A program made the translations under genes and the position numbers. Source: Alphaproteobacteria bacterium (GTDB lineage Bacteria; Pseudomonadota; Alphaproteobacteria; JACZXZ01). From it: 64,000 nt of DNA. Every line of letters begins with the position of its first letter. The stretch's first letter is position 1. Positions 20,841 to 31,868 of this stretch are shown one piece after another. The notes under the pieces are model-generated. The model did no database searches, was not told the origin of the DNA, and worked only from the letters and a program-made list of their open reading frames with translations. The stretch is taken from contig DATGLG010000068.1 of the NCBI GenBank assembly GCA_035294245.1, forward strand, positions 146,766-210,765, written 5' to 3'.

Positions 20841-21740
20841 TCATCCCTTGGTGGCGCCCGCCGTCAGGCCGGCGATGTAATAGTCCATGAGGAAAGCGTA
20901 GATGACGAGCGGAGGTGCTGCGGCAAGCAGGCAGCCCGCCATCAGCATGCCCCATTGATAGACGTCGGCGCGGATCAGGCTGGTCACCGTCCCGACCGTC
21001 AGCACCTGCTGGCCGGAGCTATAGAGGAAGGCCATCGGATAGACGAACTCGGCCCAGGAGACGGTGAAGGCGAAGATCATCGCCGCGATGATTCCCGGCA
21101 GCGCCACGGGTATGAAAATCTTGAACAGCATCTGCATGTGATTGGCACCGTCGATCACCGCCGCCTCGTCGAGCTCTTTCGGGATGCTGGAGAAATAGCC
21201 GATCATGATCCAGGTGCAGAACGGCACCGTGAGCGTCGGATAGACCAGCACCATGCCCCAGAAATTATTGAGGAGGCCGAGCCCGCGCACGATCTGGAAG
21301 AGCGGGATGAAGAGCAGCGAATCGGGAATGAGATAGGTGAGGAAGATGCCCGTCGCGAGCATCCCCGAGCCCCAGAACTTCATGCGCGCAAGCGAGAAGG
21401 CAGCGAGCACGCTCACCACCATGGTGATCGCCACGACGCACAGGGTGACGATCACGGTGTTCTTGAAGTAGATGGGAAAATCCGTCTGGAAGAGCAGCGT
21501 CTTGAAGTGCTCGAGGGTCACCCCGTCGGCGATGATCCAGGGGCTCGTCGCCATCCGCGCCACCTCGGCGTTCGATTTGAGCGAGGTGACAATCATGTAA
21601 TAGGGCGGCGTGAGGAAGAAGATCGCGAAGAGGATCAGGAAGGCATAGGACAGGATCAAGGCCCAGCGCCGATTGCGCTTGAGGCTGGCGCGCAGGCCGA
21701 TCCGGCGCTGCGAGCCGACGACGACGGTGCTCGCGGTCAT
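20841..21740 (-). CDS. Carbohydrate ABC transporter permease (MalG/UgpE-like)
   Basis: MTASTVVVGS... with an EAA motif region. Its start codon overlaps the upstream permease stop (TGATG at 21738-21742). It is the coding part of the longer ORF 20841..22568. Confidence 0.8.
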   Translation of the reverse strand: MTASTVVVGSQRRIGLRASLKRNRRWALILSYAFLILFAIFFLTPPYYMIVTSLKSNAEVARMATSPWIIADGVTLEHFKTLLFQTDFPIYFKNTVIVTLCVVAITMVVSVLAAFSLARMKFWGSGMLATGIFLTYLIPDSLLFIPLFQIVRGLGLLNNFWGMVLVYPTLTVPFCTWIMIGYFSSIPKELDEAAVIDGANHMQMLFKIFIPVALPGIIAAMIFAFTVSWAEFVYPMAFLYSSGQQVLTVGTVTSLIRADVYQWGMLMAGCLLAAAPPLVIYAFLMDYYIAGLTAGATKG

Positions 21741-22693
21741 CAGATCTCCCTTACGCGCCTGCGCACCCCGCGCAGGATGAAGACGGCGGCGATGCCGAGG
21801 ATGGGGAACATGAAGAGCGAGACCGAGGCGCCGAGCGGAATGTCGCCAACGCGGATGCCTTCCAGGAAGGCATAGGTGGCGAAGACGTGGGTCATGTCGC
21901 GCGGCCCGCCCGCCGTCATGATCTGCACGATGTCGAAATTGGCGAAGGTGACGATCAGCGAGAACAGCACGGTGATGGCAATGATGTTGCGCATCATCGG
22001 CAGGGTGACGTGGATGAAGCGCTGCCAGGCATTGGCGCCGTCGATGGCCGCGGCCTCGTAGAGCTGCTCGGGCACCGATTTCAACGCCGCGAGATACATG
22101 ATGAGGAAGAACGGCGCGCCGTACCAGACATTCACGAGGATGACGCAGAAGCGCGCCCAGTAAGGATCGCTGAGCCACGGGATCTCGGTTCCGCCGAGAG
22201 AGCGGATGATCCAGTTGAAGGCGCTGTGGGTCGGATCGAACATCCACCACCAGCCGAGGGTGGAGAGCGCCAGCGGCATCACCCAGGGCACCAGCAGCAT
22301 GCCGCGCCACTTGCGCTGACCCTTGCTCGGCAGGTTGTTGACCAGATGCGCGGTGATGAGGCCGATCACCGCCTTGAAGAACACGGCGCTGACCGCGAAG
22401 ATCGTCGATTGCTCGACCACCATCCAGAAGGTGTTGCGGCTGAGCAGAAAGCTGAAATTGCCGAGGCCGAGGAACTTGGTCTGCGACTTGTTGAGGGTCG
22501 AGAGATAGATCGAGTAGCCCGCCGGATAGACGACCAGGAAGGCGATGATCAAGAGCAACGGCAGGCACATGAGGAAGGCGATGGTGGAGCGCCGCCCCAT
22601 CATGCGGCGGAGCCCGCTTCGCCCGCGGCGCGCCGCCGGCACGGCGCCCGACGGCGTCGGTACGCTCACAGACTCGCGAACTGCGTCAACCAT
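21740..22693 (-). CDS. Carbohydrate ABC transporter permease (MalF/UgpA-like)
   Basis: 317 aa with 6 TM segments and an EAA loop (…EAAAIDGANAWQRF…). Confidence 0.8.
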   Translation of the reverse strand: MVDAVRESVSVPTPSGAVPAARRGRSGLRRMMGRRSTIAFLMCLPLLLIIAFLVVYPAGYSIYLSTLNKSQTKFLGLGNFSFLLSRNTFWMVVEQSTIFAVSAVFFKAVIGLITAHLVNNLPSKGQRKWRGMLLVPWVMPLALSTLGWWWMFDPTHSAFNWIIRSLGGTEIPWLSDPYWARFCVILVNVWYGAPFFLIMYLAALKSVPEQLYEAAAIDGANAWQRFIHVTLPMMRNIIAITVLFSLIVTFANFDIVQIMTAGGPRDMTHVFATYAFLEGIRVGDIPLGASVSLFMFPILGIAAVFILRGVRRRVREI

Positions 22694-22826
22694 GGTGCCT
22701 ACGTCCTGCTGTTGCGCCGGCTCTCATTCGACCAGCCGGCGGCCGGCCGTCCATCGACGGCCCGGAGGTGCGCGCTCCGCGCGGAGCGCGCCCTCCCAGC
22801 CTCAATCCCGACTCCCGCATCCGCGA

Positions 22827-24170
22827 CTAGGTGCGGAGATAGCCTTCGAGCTCGTTCGACGCCCATTTGATGACGTCGTCGATCTTCTGCTTGCCCTGGG
22901 TCACCTTCGAGACCATCACCGTCTGGAGCGCCTGGTTGTAGATCTGGGCGCCCACATCCGGCCGCGCCGGCCAGCCGGCCATGCTGGTCTCCTCGTCGTC
23001 GCGGGGCGGATAGTTGTAGACGGTCCCCGGCGGCGGCTTGACTTCCTTCCAGGTATCGAAATCGTAGAAGCTCTTGAAGGACGGCAGATCGTAGCCGTTG
23101 GACGCGGCGACGAGCTGGCGCGAGGAGTCCTTCTGCGAGACGAAGGTGAGAAGGTCCTTGGCCGCGCTCTTGTTCTTCGAGAAGTTCCAGATACCGTAGA
23201 AGATCGGAAGCTGACCGACGAAGCGGCCCTTGGGCCCGCGCGGCATCGCATGAGTCCAGCACTGCTCGCCCACCTTGGGGTTGTCGCGCACGGCGACGGT
23301 CCAGGCGCTCGGCGGATTCATGATGCCGGAGCCCTTGCCCGAGATGAGCCACCGGTTGTTGCCGGCATCGTCCCAGGCGTAGACCTCGGGCGGGTTCACC
23401 GCCATCAGCTTGGTCATGAACTCGAGGGCCTGCCGCGTCTCGGGCGAGTCGACCTTGATCTGATCCTTCTCGTCGATCATCACCGAGCCGAAGGACTTGA
23501 AGAGGGCGCCCGTCCAGTCGATCGCGTCGCTGGTCTGGCCCATCGGCAGGCCGACCGGATAGCCGCCCTTGAAGAGCTTCTCGGCGGTCGAGAGATAGAG
23601 ATCCCAGGTCCAGGTATCGATCAACTTCTGGTCGCGCGGCTGGCCCGGGCCCGGGAAGATCTTGGTGACGTCGAGGTCACAATACTTCTTATAGAGATCG
23701 ATGCGCGAGCAGCAGGGCTTGACCTGGCTGCCGCAGGTCGTCGGCACGCCGTACCAGGTGCCGCCATGCTTGGCGAGATACTCGGCGACCGGGCTGATCG
23801 GGCCGTATTGCTTGACCAGGCCGTCGACGACGTCGCTGATCGGCTCGAGCACCCGGCGATGCACCGTGATGTTCCAGTCGCGGTGCGTCATGATGTCGTG
23901 GCCGGCGCCCGCCTGGGCCTCCGCCGCCGCGGTCAGCTTGTCCTTCTCGCCTTGCGAGGTGATGTAGTCGATCTGGATCTCGACGTGATTCTTGGCGCCC
24001 CACTCATTGCAGAGCTTGGTGAAGGTCGCATTGGCGCCGGGGACCCAGTGGTCCCAGCAGCCGAGCGATAGCTTGCCTGCCGCATAGGCGCCGCGCACGA
24101 AAGGCGCTGCGACCACCGACGCTGTCGCCAGTGCCGCCGTCTTGATTACTCTCCGTCGTGTCACACCCAT
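22827..24170 (-). CDS. Carbohydrate ABC transporter substrate-binding protein (extracellular solute-binding family 1)
   Basis: 447 aa with a Tat-type signal MGVTRRRVIKTAALATASVVAAPFVRGAYA. First gene of a 4-gene sugar ABC operon. Confidence 0.8.
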   Translation of the reverse strand: MGVTRRRVIKTAALATASVVAAPFVRGAYAAGKLSLGCWDHWVPGANATFTKLCNEWGAKNHVEIQIDYITSQGEKDKLTAAAEAQAGAGHDIMTHRDWNITVHRRVLEPISDVVDGLVKQYGPISPVAEYLAKHGGTWYGVPTTCGSQVKPCCSRIDLYKKYCDLDVTKIFPGPGQPRDQKLIDTWTWDLYLSTAEKLFKGGYPVGLPMGQTSDAIDWTGALFKSFGSVMIDEKDQIKVDSPETRQALEFMTKLMAVNPPEVYAWDDAGNNRWLISGKGSGIMNPPSAWTVAVRDNPKVGEQCWTHAMPRGPKGRFVGQLPIFYGIWNFSKNKSAAKDLLTFVSQKDSSRQLVAASNGYDLPSFKSFYDFDTWKEVKPPPGTVYNYPPRDDEETSMAGWPARPDVGAQIYNQALQTVMVSKVTQGKQKIDDVIKWASNELEGYLRT

Positions 24171-24533
24171 GGCATTTGCCTCCCTGGAGTTTCTATGCCT
24201 GTGCCGGAAACGGGAGCCCCGTGGGGTCGTTATCGACCCTCATTTGGATCCGAGCCTTGCCAAGCGGCTACTCCCTCTCCCGTTGCGTCCTCAGCATATT
24301 ACTACGATTTCGCGAAGCGGAAAGCCAACATCGGCGACAAGCCTCGCCGCCTCGTCGAAATTACATCCCTGTCGCGGCCGCGCCCCGATCTTTACCTTCC
24401 TGGATCGCGCCCGAGGCGCATTATAAACGTCCACCGCGACGCCCTTGTTCCGACATGGCGGCCGGCGACCCGGCTGCGCTGGGCCAGCCACGTCGTCCGC
24501 GCCTGACTGCACACTCCCATCGTCATCACCCGT

Positions 24534-24562
24534 TTGACAAGGCGCCGGCGGCTTGTTAAGTA
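24534..24562 (+). promoter_or_regulatory. Candidate sigma70-type promoter upstream of uxaC (TTGACA-N17-TAAGTA)
   Basis: TTGACA at 24534-24539 and TAAGTA at 24557-24562, read directly. About 165 nt upstream of the uxaC ATG in a 555-bp divergent intergenic region. Confidence 0.3.
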
Positions 24563-24725
24563 CTGGCCTTACCACCTGACCAGAAGAGCATAAAACCGGG
24601 AGGACGACAATTGCCGTGTCACGGGTGCCACACCGCGGGCTGCAGCGGTGCGTTCAACGCTGTGCGAGCATCCGCTCTGCCGCGCCGCGAAATCACCCGT
24701 TGACCCGATTGCCGCAACAAATGCC

Positions 24726-26165
24726 ATGGAAGCGACGCTGAGAAGCACGCGCCGATCGGCCTTGCGCCTGCATCCCGACCGTCTCTTCCCGCCGGGGACG
24801 GAAGCGCGCGCGATTGCGCGCCGGCTCTATGCGGAAGTGCGCGACCTGCCCATCGTGAGCCCCCACGGCCACACGAATCCGGCCTGGTTCGCCGAGAACG
24901 AGCCCTTTCCCGATCCGGCGACACTCTTCATCGTTCCCGACCACTACATTTTTCGCATGCTGTTCAGCCAGGGCATTCCCCTGGAAAGCCTGGGCGTGCC
25001 GCGCAGCGACGGCGGGCCGGTCGAGGCGGAGCCGCGACGGATCTGGCGCCTCTTCGCCGAGAATTTCCATCTCTTCAGAGGCACGCCGTCGCGGCTCTGG
25101 TTCGAGCACGCGCTGGTCGAGGTTTTCGGCGTCGAGGAGCGGCTTTCCGCCGCGACGGCGGATGCGATCTACGATCATCTCGAAGCCTGCCTGGCGCGGC
25201 CGGAGTTCCGCCCCCGCGCGCTCTTCGAGCGCTTCAATATCGAGGTCCTCGCCACGACCGAGTCCCCTCTCGATCCGCTCCAGCACCACAAGCGGCTCAA
25301 GGCGAGCGGGTGGCGCGGGCGTGTCGTCACCGCCTATCGGCCCGATCCGGTGGTCGATCCGGAATTCGACGGCTTCTCGGACAATCTCGCCAAGCTCGGC
25401 GCGATCACCGGCAAGGACACCGCGACCTGGACGGGCTATCTCGAGGCGCTGGCGGAGCGGCGCCAATTCTTCATAGCAATGGGCGCCACCTCGACCGATC
25501 ACGGCCATCCCACTGCGCGGACCGCCGATCTTCCGGCACGGGAGGCGGAAGCCCTCTTCGACAAGATCCGCCGCGGCGGCTGCACCGCGGCCGAGGCCGA
25601 GCTCTTCCGCGCGCAGATGCTGACCGAGATGGCGCAGATGAGCCTCGAGGACGGGCTGGTGATGCAGATTCATCCGGGCTCGTTCCGCAACCATAGCCCG
25701 GCGATCCATCGTGCCTTCGGCCGCGACAAGGGCTTCGATATCCCCATGGCGACCGATTACGTGCACGCCTTGAAGCCGCTGCTCGGCCGCTTCGGCACCG
25801 AGCGCAATCTCAGCATCATCCTCTTCACCCTCGACGAGACGAGCTACGCCCGCGAGCTGGCGCCGCTCGCGGGGGTCTATCCCGCCCTCAAGCTCGGTCC
25901 CGCCTGGTGGTTCTATGACAGCCCCGAGGGCATGAGGCGCTATCGCCAGGCGGTAACGGAGACCGCCGGCTTCTACAACACCGTCGGCTTCAACGACGAC
26001 ACGCGCGCCTTCCTCTCCATCCCGGCGCGCCACGATGTGGCGCGGCGCGTGGATTGCGCCTATCTCGCCGAGCTTGTCGCCGACCACCGCCTCGACGAGG
26101 ACGAGGCGCGCGAGGTAGCGGTGGACCTCGCCTATAACCTCGTCAAGAAGGCCTATAAGCTGTGA
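24726..26165 (+). CDS. uxaC: Glucuronate isomerase (uronate isomerase)
   Basis: ATG 24726 (MEATLRS...). Conserved ARRLY...LPIVSPHGHTNPAW N-terminus, full-length UxaC-like, about 479 aa. Confidence 0.85.
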   Translation: MEATLRSTRRSALRLHPDRLFPPGTEARAIARRLYAEVRDLPIVSPHGHTNPAWFAENEPFPDPATLFIVPDHYIFRMLFSQGIPLESLGVPRSDGGPVEAEPRRIWRLFAENFHLFRGTPSRLWFEHALVEVFGVEERLSAATADAIYDHLEACLARPEFRPRALFERFNIEVLATTESPLDPLQHHKRLKASGWRGRVVTAYRPDPVVDPEFDGFSDNLAKLGAITGKDTATWTGYLEALAERRQFFIAMGATSTDHGHPTARTADLPAREAEALFDKIRRGGCTAAEAELFRAQMLTEMAQMSLEDGLVMQIHPGSFRNHSPAIHRAFGRDKGFDIPMATDYVHALKPLLGRFGTERNLSIILFTLDETSYARELAPLAGVYPALKLGPAWWFYDSPEGMRRYRQAVTETAGFYNTVGFNDDTRAFLSIPARHDVARRVDCAYLAELVADHRLDEDEAREVAVDLAYNLVKKAYKL

Positions 26166-27679
26166 CGGCCGCCCCGCAAGCCCGGCGCGCAAGCGAGGGG
26201 CGGCCTCGCCTCGGCGCGCGCAGCCTCGCCGCGGCACCGCTCCATGTCGCGCGTCCGCGTTATGACCGGGCGGAGCTCACGGCGGGAATCGTCCATATCG
26301 GCATCGGCGCCTTTCACCGTGCGCACCAGGCCGTCTATGTCGAGGATCTGCTCGAGCGGCGCTTCGGCCCCTACGGCATCATCGGCGTCAGCCTGCGCAG
26401 CCCATCGGTGCGTGACGCGTTGGCGCCTCAGGACGGCCTCTACACGCTCATTCAGCGCGACGGGGCTCGCACTGATTTCCGGATCGTCGGCAGCGTCAAG
26501 CAGGTGCTCGTCGCCCCCGAGAATCCCGCGGCGGTCCTTGACGCGCTTACGGCGTCCGCCACGCGGCTTGTGACCATCACCGTGACGGAAAAGGGCTATT
26601 GCCTGGCGCCGGACGGCCGCCTTGATCTCGCGCATCCCGAGATCGTCCACGACCTCGCTCATCCGGCGACGCCGCGCAGCGCCGTCGGCTTTCTCGTCGA
26701 GGCGCTGCATCGCATCCGTGCCGCAGGACTGCGGCCGCCGACCATTCTCTCCTGCGACAATCTGCCCTCCAACGGCGATACCCTGCGCCGTGCGCTGCGC
26801 GATTTCGCGGCCCGCCGCGACGGCGAGCTCGCGCGTTGGATCGAGGATGCCGTTGCGGTCCCGGCCTCGATGATCGACCGCATCGTCCCGGCGACGACGG
26901 CCGCCGATCGCGCCGAAGTCGCAGAGGCCCTCGGGCTCGAGGATCGCGGGGCCGTCGTCGCCGAGCCGTTCCGGCAATGGGTCGTCGAGAGCGATCTCGC
27001 GCCGGGCATGCCGGCCCTCGACGAGGTCGGCGTCGAGCTCGTCACCAACATCGCCCCTTACGAGCGCATGAAGCTGCGCCTTCTCAATGGCTGCCACTCT
27101 GCCCTCGCCTATCTCGGCCAGCTCGCGGGCTATGAGTATGTCGCCGATGCCATGGGGGATCCGGCGCTGCGCCGCTTCCTCGACCGCATGATGCGGATGG
27201 AGATCGCCCCCACCCTGGCCGAATTTTCCCCCGGCCGCCTCGCGGATTATGCGGCGCAGGTCCTGGCCCGCTTCGGCAACCGCGCGGTCAAGCACCGCAC
27301 CTGGCAGATCGCCATGGACGGCTCCCAGAAGCTGCCTCAACGCCTTCTCGGCACCATCGCCGATCGCCTGCGCGCGGGCGCGCCTTTGGGGCGGCTGGCG
27401 CTGGCCGTCGCCGCCTGGATGCGCTTCCTCGGCGCGCGCGACGATCGCGGCATGCCCATCGCGATCTCCGATCCGCGCGCCGATGAGCTCATGGCTTGGG
27501 CGGCACCCGGGCAGAGCGACGCGGCGATCGTCGGCAATCTCCTCGACCGCTCCCGCATATTCCCGCCCGAGCTCGCGGCGAGCCCTGTTCTCCGACAGGC
27601 GCTGACGGGCGCCTTGTCGTCGTTGCGCGAGCGCGGCGCGAAGGAGGTCTTGCGCATGCCGGCTTACGGGGGGTCTTAG
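26162..27679 (+). CDS. Mannitol-dehydrogenase-family oxidoreductase, probable fructuronate (D-mannonate) / tagaturonate reductase (UxuB/UxaB-like)
   Basis: 505 aa, long-chain mannitol DH family (HIGIGAFHRAHQAVY...). Start overlaps the uxaC stop (ATGA). Confidence 0.75.
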   Translation: MTAAPQARRASEGRPRLGARSLAAAPLHVARPRYDRAELTAGIVHIGIGAFHRAHQAVYVEDLLERRFGPYGIIGVSLRSPSVRDALAPQDGLYTLIQRDGARTDFRIVGSVKQVLVAPENPAAVLDALTASATRLVTITVTEKGYCLAPDGRLDLAHPEIVHDLAHPATPRSAVGFLVEALHRIRAAGLRPPTILSCDNLPSNGDTLRRALRDFAARRDGELARWIEDAVAVPASMIDRIVPATTAADRAEVAEALGLEDRGAVVAEPFRQWVVESDLAPGMPALDEVGVELVTNIAPYERMKLRLLNGCHSALAYLGQLAGYEYVADAMGDPALRRFLDRMMRMEIAPTLAEFSPGRLADYAAQVLARFGNRAVKHRTWQIAMDGSQKLPQRLLGTIADRLRAGAPLGRLALAVAAWMRFLGARDDRGMPIAISDPRADELMAWAAPGQSDAAIVGNLLDRSRIFPPELAASPVLRQALTGALSSLRERGAKEVLRMPAYGGS

Positions 27680-27719
27680 GACCCCACCGCCCGAGAACAA
27701 CATCGAAGGGAGGAACACC

Positions 27720-28916
27720 ATGCGAGTGGTCACATCGACGAGCATCGCCGCCGCGCTCGGCGCCGCGGTTCTGATGGCCGGGGCCGGCCCCGGCCATGCT
27801 GCCGCATTGCCGCCCCTGCCGAAATCCCCCGTCACGATCAATATCGTCGATGTGGGCGGCCAGCTCGCCCTCACCCAGAAGGCGATCGAGGCCTACCAGA
27901 AGGCTCATCCCAAGCTGGTGTCGCGCTTCGTCTTCAACAAGGCGCCGGCACCGGAGCTCCCGGGCAAGCTGAAGGCGCAGCAGGCCGCCGGCCGCGTCGA
28001 CATCGACATGGTGCTGAGCGGCACCGACGCGATCTCCGCCGGGATGGAGCAGCATCTGTGGACGCGGATCCTCCCCGACTACGCGGCGAAATTCCCCAAT
28101 CTCGACCAGAACTACCTCCCGGGCGCGCTCGACATGCAGAAGCCGACGGAGGGCCAGGCCATCGAGGTCGTGTTCGCGACGGCGGGCCCGATGCTGGAAT
28201 ACGCACCCGAGCGCGTGAAGGATGTGCCCAAGACAACGGATGAGCTGCTTGCCTGGTGCAAGGCCCATCCCAACCGCTTCTTCTACGCGCGCCCGACGAA
28301 TTCCGGCCCCGGCCGCGCCTTCCTCCAGGGGCTCCCCTACGAGCTCGGCGACAGCAACCCGCGCGACCCGGTCAATGGCTGGGCGAAGACCTGGGCCTAT
28401 CTCAAGGCCCTCGACAGCTGCATCGAATATTACCCATCGGGCACCGGCGTCACCATGAAGGAGTTCGGCGAGGGCTCCCGTGACATCATCGCCTCGATGC
28501 CGGGGTGGGACATCTATCCGCGCGTGATCGGCACCGTGCCGAAATCCGCTAAGGTCACCATCCTCAGCGGGCCGGCTGGGTTCAAATGGGTCTCGGATGC
28601 CCAGTATGTCGCCATTCCCAAGGGGATCGCGCCCGAGAAGCTCGCCGTGGCCCTCGACTTGATCGCCTTCATGCTGGAGCCGAAGCAGCAGGCCTATGCC
28701 TGGGACGATGGCTATTTCTATCCGGGTCCGGCGGTCAAGAACGTGCCGCTCAGCATGGCGCCCCAGTCGAGCCAGGACGTCCTCAAGGAGTTCGGCCGTC
28801 CCGAATACGACCAGCTCATCGCCAAATACCCGATCATGTCGCCGCTCTTCGGCAATCCGCTCGTCGTCGCCTTCCATATGTGGGACGAGAAGATCGGTGC
28901 CCAGAAGATGAAATGA
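27720..28916 (+). CDS. ABC transporter periplasmic substrate-binding protein (PotD/AfuA-like family)
   Basis: Signal peptide MRVVTSTSIAAALGAAVLMAGAGPGHAAA. Followed by PotA/PotB/PotC-like components. Confidence 0.7.
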   Translation: MRVVTSTSIAAALGAAVLMAGAGPGHAAALPPLPKSPVTINIVDVGGQLALTQKAIEAYQKAHPKLVSRFVFNKAPAPELPGKLKAQQAAGRVDIDMVLSGTDAISAGMEQHLWTRILPDYAAKFPNLDQNYLPGALDMQKPTEGQAIEVVFATAGPMLEYAPERVKDVPKTTDELLAWCKAHPNRFFYARPTNSGPGRAFLQGLPYELGDSNPRDPVNGWAKTWAYLKALDSCIEYYPSGTGVTMKEFGEGSRDIIASMPGWDIYPRVIGTVPKSAKVTILSGPAGFKWVSDAQYVAIPKGIAPEKLAVALDLIAFMLEPKQQAYAWDDGYFYPGPAVKNVPLSMAPQSSQDVLKEFGRPEYDQLIAKYPIMSPLFGNPLVVAFHMWDEKIGAQKMK

Positions 28917-28942
28917 CGCGACGATGAGAGGAATGCCGGGCG

Positions 28943-30049
<1,107 letters not shown>

Positions 30050-30054
30050 GAAGA

Positions 30055-30921
30055 ATGATGACCGGCTCGCGCGAGACAGGCCTCGATCGCTCGGTGCTTC
30101 TGGTCGTGCCCGGCGTTCTCGTCGTGCTGCTGCTTTTCATCTATCCCTTCATTTACGGGCTTATCCTCTCCTTCGAGCCCAAGGCCGGGAGCATCTGGGC
30201 GAACTACGCCCGGTTTTTCTCCGAGCCGCGATTCAAGGACACCCTCGGCATCACCTTCTGGATCGCGGTGCCGGCGACCCTGATCAATCTTGGCCTCGCC
30301 ATTCCCATGGCGTTCAAGCTCCGCCGAGCAACACGATTGCAGCGCTTCGTCACCACGCTCCTGGTGATCCCGATCACGCTCGGGACCGTGCTGGTGGCCG
30401 AGGGGCTTCTCAATTATCTCGGGCCGCAGGGCTGGCTCAACCGCGTGCTCGTCGATCTCCATCTCGTACTGACGCCGGTGCGCCTGACCCATAATTACTG
30501 GGGCGTCCTGCTCTCATTGGTGATTACCGGATTTCCCTTCGCCTTTTTGCTGACGCTCTCCTACATCACCGGTATCGATCCGGTGCTGGCGCAGGCGGCC
30601 TCGACCCTCGGCGCCGGCCCCAGCCGCCAATTCCTCCATATCTACCTGCCGCTCCTGGCGCCGGGCCTCGCCATCACCTTCTGCCTCGCCTTCGTGCAGG
30701 CCTTCTCGGTGTTTCCTTCTGCCGTGCTCCTGGGCGCACCCGCCGGCCCCACCCGGGTCATCTCGATCGCCGCCTACCAGGCCGCCTTTGAGGATTACGA
30801 CTATGCCATGGCCTCGGCCGTCGCCATGATCATGGGCGCGGCGCAGCTCGTCATCGTCGTCGCCGTACTGGGGCTGCGCAACGTCTTCTATCGCGGCCCC
30901 GCCGCCGGAGCCAAGGGATGA
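30055..30921 (+). CDS. ABC transporter permease (PotB-like)
   Basis: ATG 30055 (MMTGSRETGL...), 6 TM. It is the coding C-terminal part of ORF 29146..30921. Confidence 0.8.
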   Translation: MMTGSRETGLDRSVLLVVPGVLVVLLLFIYPFIYGLILSFEPKAGSIWANYARFFSEPRFKDTLGITFWIAVPATLINLGLAIPMAFKLRRATRLQRFVTTLLVIPITLGTVLVAEGLLNYLGPQGWLNRVLVDLHLVLTPVRLTHNYWGVLLSLVITGFPFAFLLTLSYITGIDPVLAQAASTLGAGPSRQFLHIYLPLLAPGLAITFCLAFVQAFSVFPSAVLLGAPAGPTRVISIAAYQAAFEDYDYAMASAVAMIMGAAQLVIVVAVLGLRNVFYRGPAAGAKG

Positions 30922-31817
30922 GCGCCGCCGGCCTCGCCGCTCGTGCCGCCGATCCCGGCCTCGCCGGCGGGACCGGCGTCGTGCGCAAATCCTGGCGCGA
31001 GATCCTGTGGACGAGCTTCGTTTGGGCATTGATGGCCTTTTTCCTCATCAACGTCGCCGGCGTCATCGCCTCGGTCGCGGTCAACTCCTTCGGCACGCGC
31101 TGGTTCGCGACCTGGCTCCCCGCCGGCTTCACGACGCGCTGGTATTTCACTGCCTGGGACGATTTCCAGCTTTACGACGTGCTGGTCGTCACCTTCGAGG
31201 TCGTCTTCGCCGTCGTGATCATCTCGGTCGTCGTTGGCGTTCCCGCAGCCTACGCCCTGGCGCGGCGGGATTTCATCGGCAAGCGCGCGGTTCTCCTGCT
31301 CTTCGTCATTCCCCTCCTCGTCCCGCCCATCACCTATGGCATCCCGCTTGCGACGGTGCTTTATCAAAGCGGCGTGGGCGGAACCCTGGCCGGGGTCATC
31401 CTCGCCAATCTGGTGCCGTCGGTCCCCTTCGTCGTCCTCGTCATGACCCCCTTCATCGAGCAGGTGGATCCGAGGCTCGAGGCGGCGGCGCGTGTCTTCG
31501 GCGCCGGGCTCGGCCGCATGTTCGTCCATGTCCTCGTGCCGCTGCTGGCGCCGGGCATTCTGGCGGCGGCGCTGCTCGTCCTCGTGCGCACCATCGCCAT
31601 GTTCGAGCTCTCCTTCCTGACTGCGGGACCGGACAGCCAGACCCTCGTCGTCGTGCTCTATTATTCGGTGTTCGCCGCCGGAGTGCGGGCCGGGCAATCG
31701 ATCGACGCCATGGCGGTCATCTATATGGTGACCACTCTCGTCTGGCTCCTCGTCGCGCTTCGCTTCGTCAATCCGACCCAGCTCGTTACGCGCGTGAAGG
31801 AGCAGCGGCGAGCGTAG
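30918..31817 (+). CDS. ABC transporter permease (PotC-like)
   Basis: 299 aa multi-TM. Start overlaps the previous stop (ATGA). Confidence 0.8.
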   Translation: MSAAGLAARAADPGLAGGTGVVRKSWREILWTSFVWALMAFFLINVAGVIASVAVNSFGTRWFATWLPAGFTTRWYFTAWDDFQLYDVLVVTFEVVFAVVIISVVVGVPAAYALARRDFIGKRAVLLLFVIPLLVPPITYGIPLATVLYQSGVGGTLAGVILANLVPSVPFVVLVMTPFIEQVDPRLEAAARVFGAGLGRMFVHVLVPLLAPGILAAALLVLVRTIAMFELSFLTAGPDSQTLVVVLYYSVFAAGVRAGQSIDAMAVIYMVTTLVWLLVALRFVNPTQLVTRVKEQRRA

Positions 31818-31868
31818 CGGCCGATATCGGCGGCTCGATGCCCGCGCGCCGCCGCAGAGGAGTAGATC

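Noticed and set aside
24171-24725. Looked for a TGGTA…TACCA GntR box in the uxaC/sugar-ABC divergent promoter region
   Set aside because: Found only an imperfect CTGGCC-N8-TGACCAG symmetry near 24563-24583. It is not convincing enough to call an operator, although the -35/-10 candidate there is reported separately.
22545-26237. ORFs antisense to the sugar-binding protein and uxaC (22545..24071 +, 24693..26237 -)
   Set aside because: No recognisable motifs and low-complexity composition; the real genes lie on the opposite strand.
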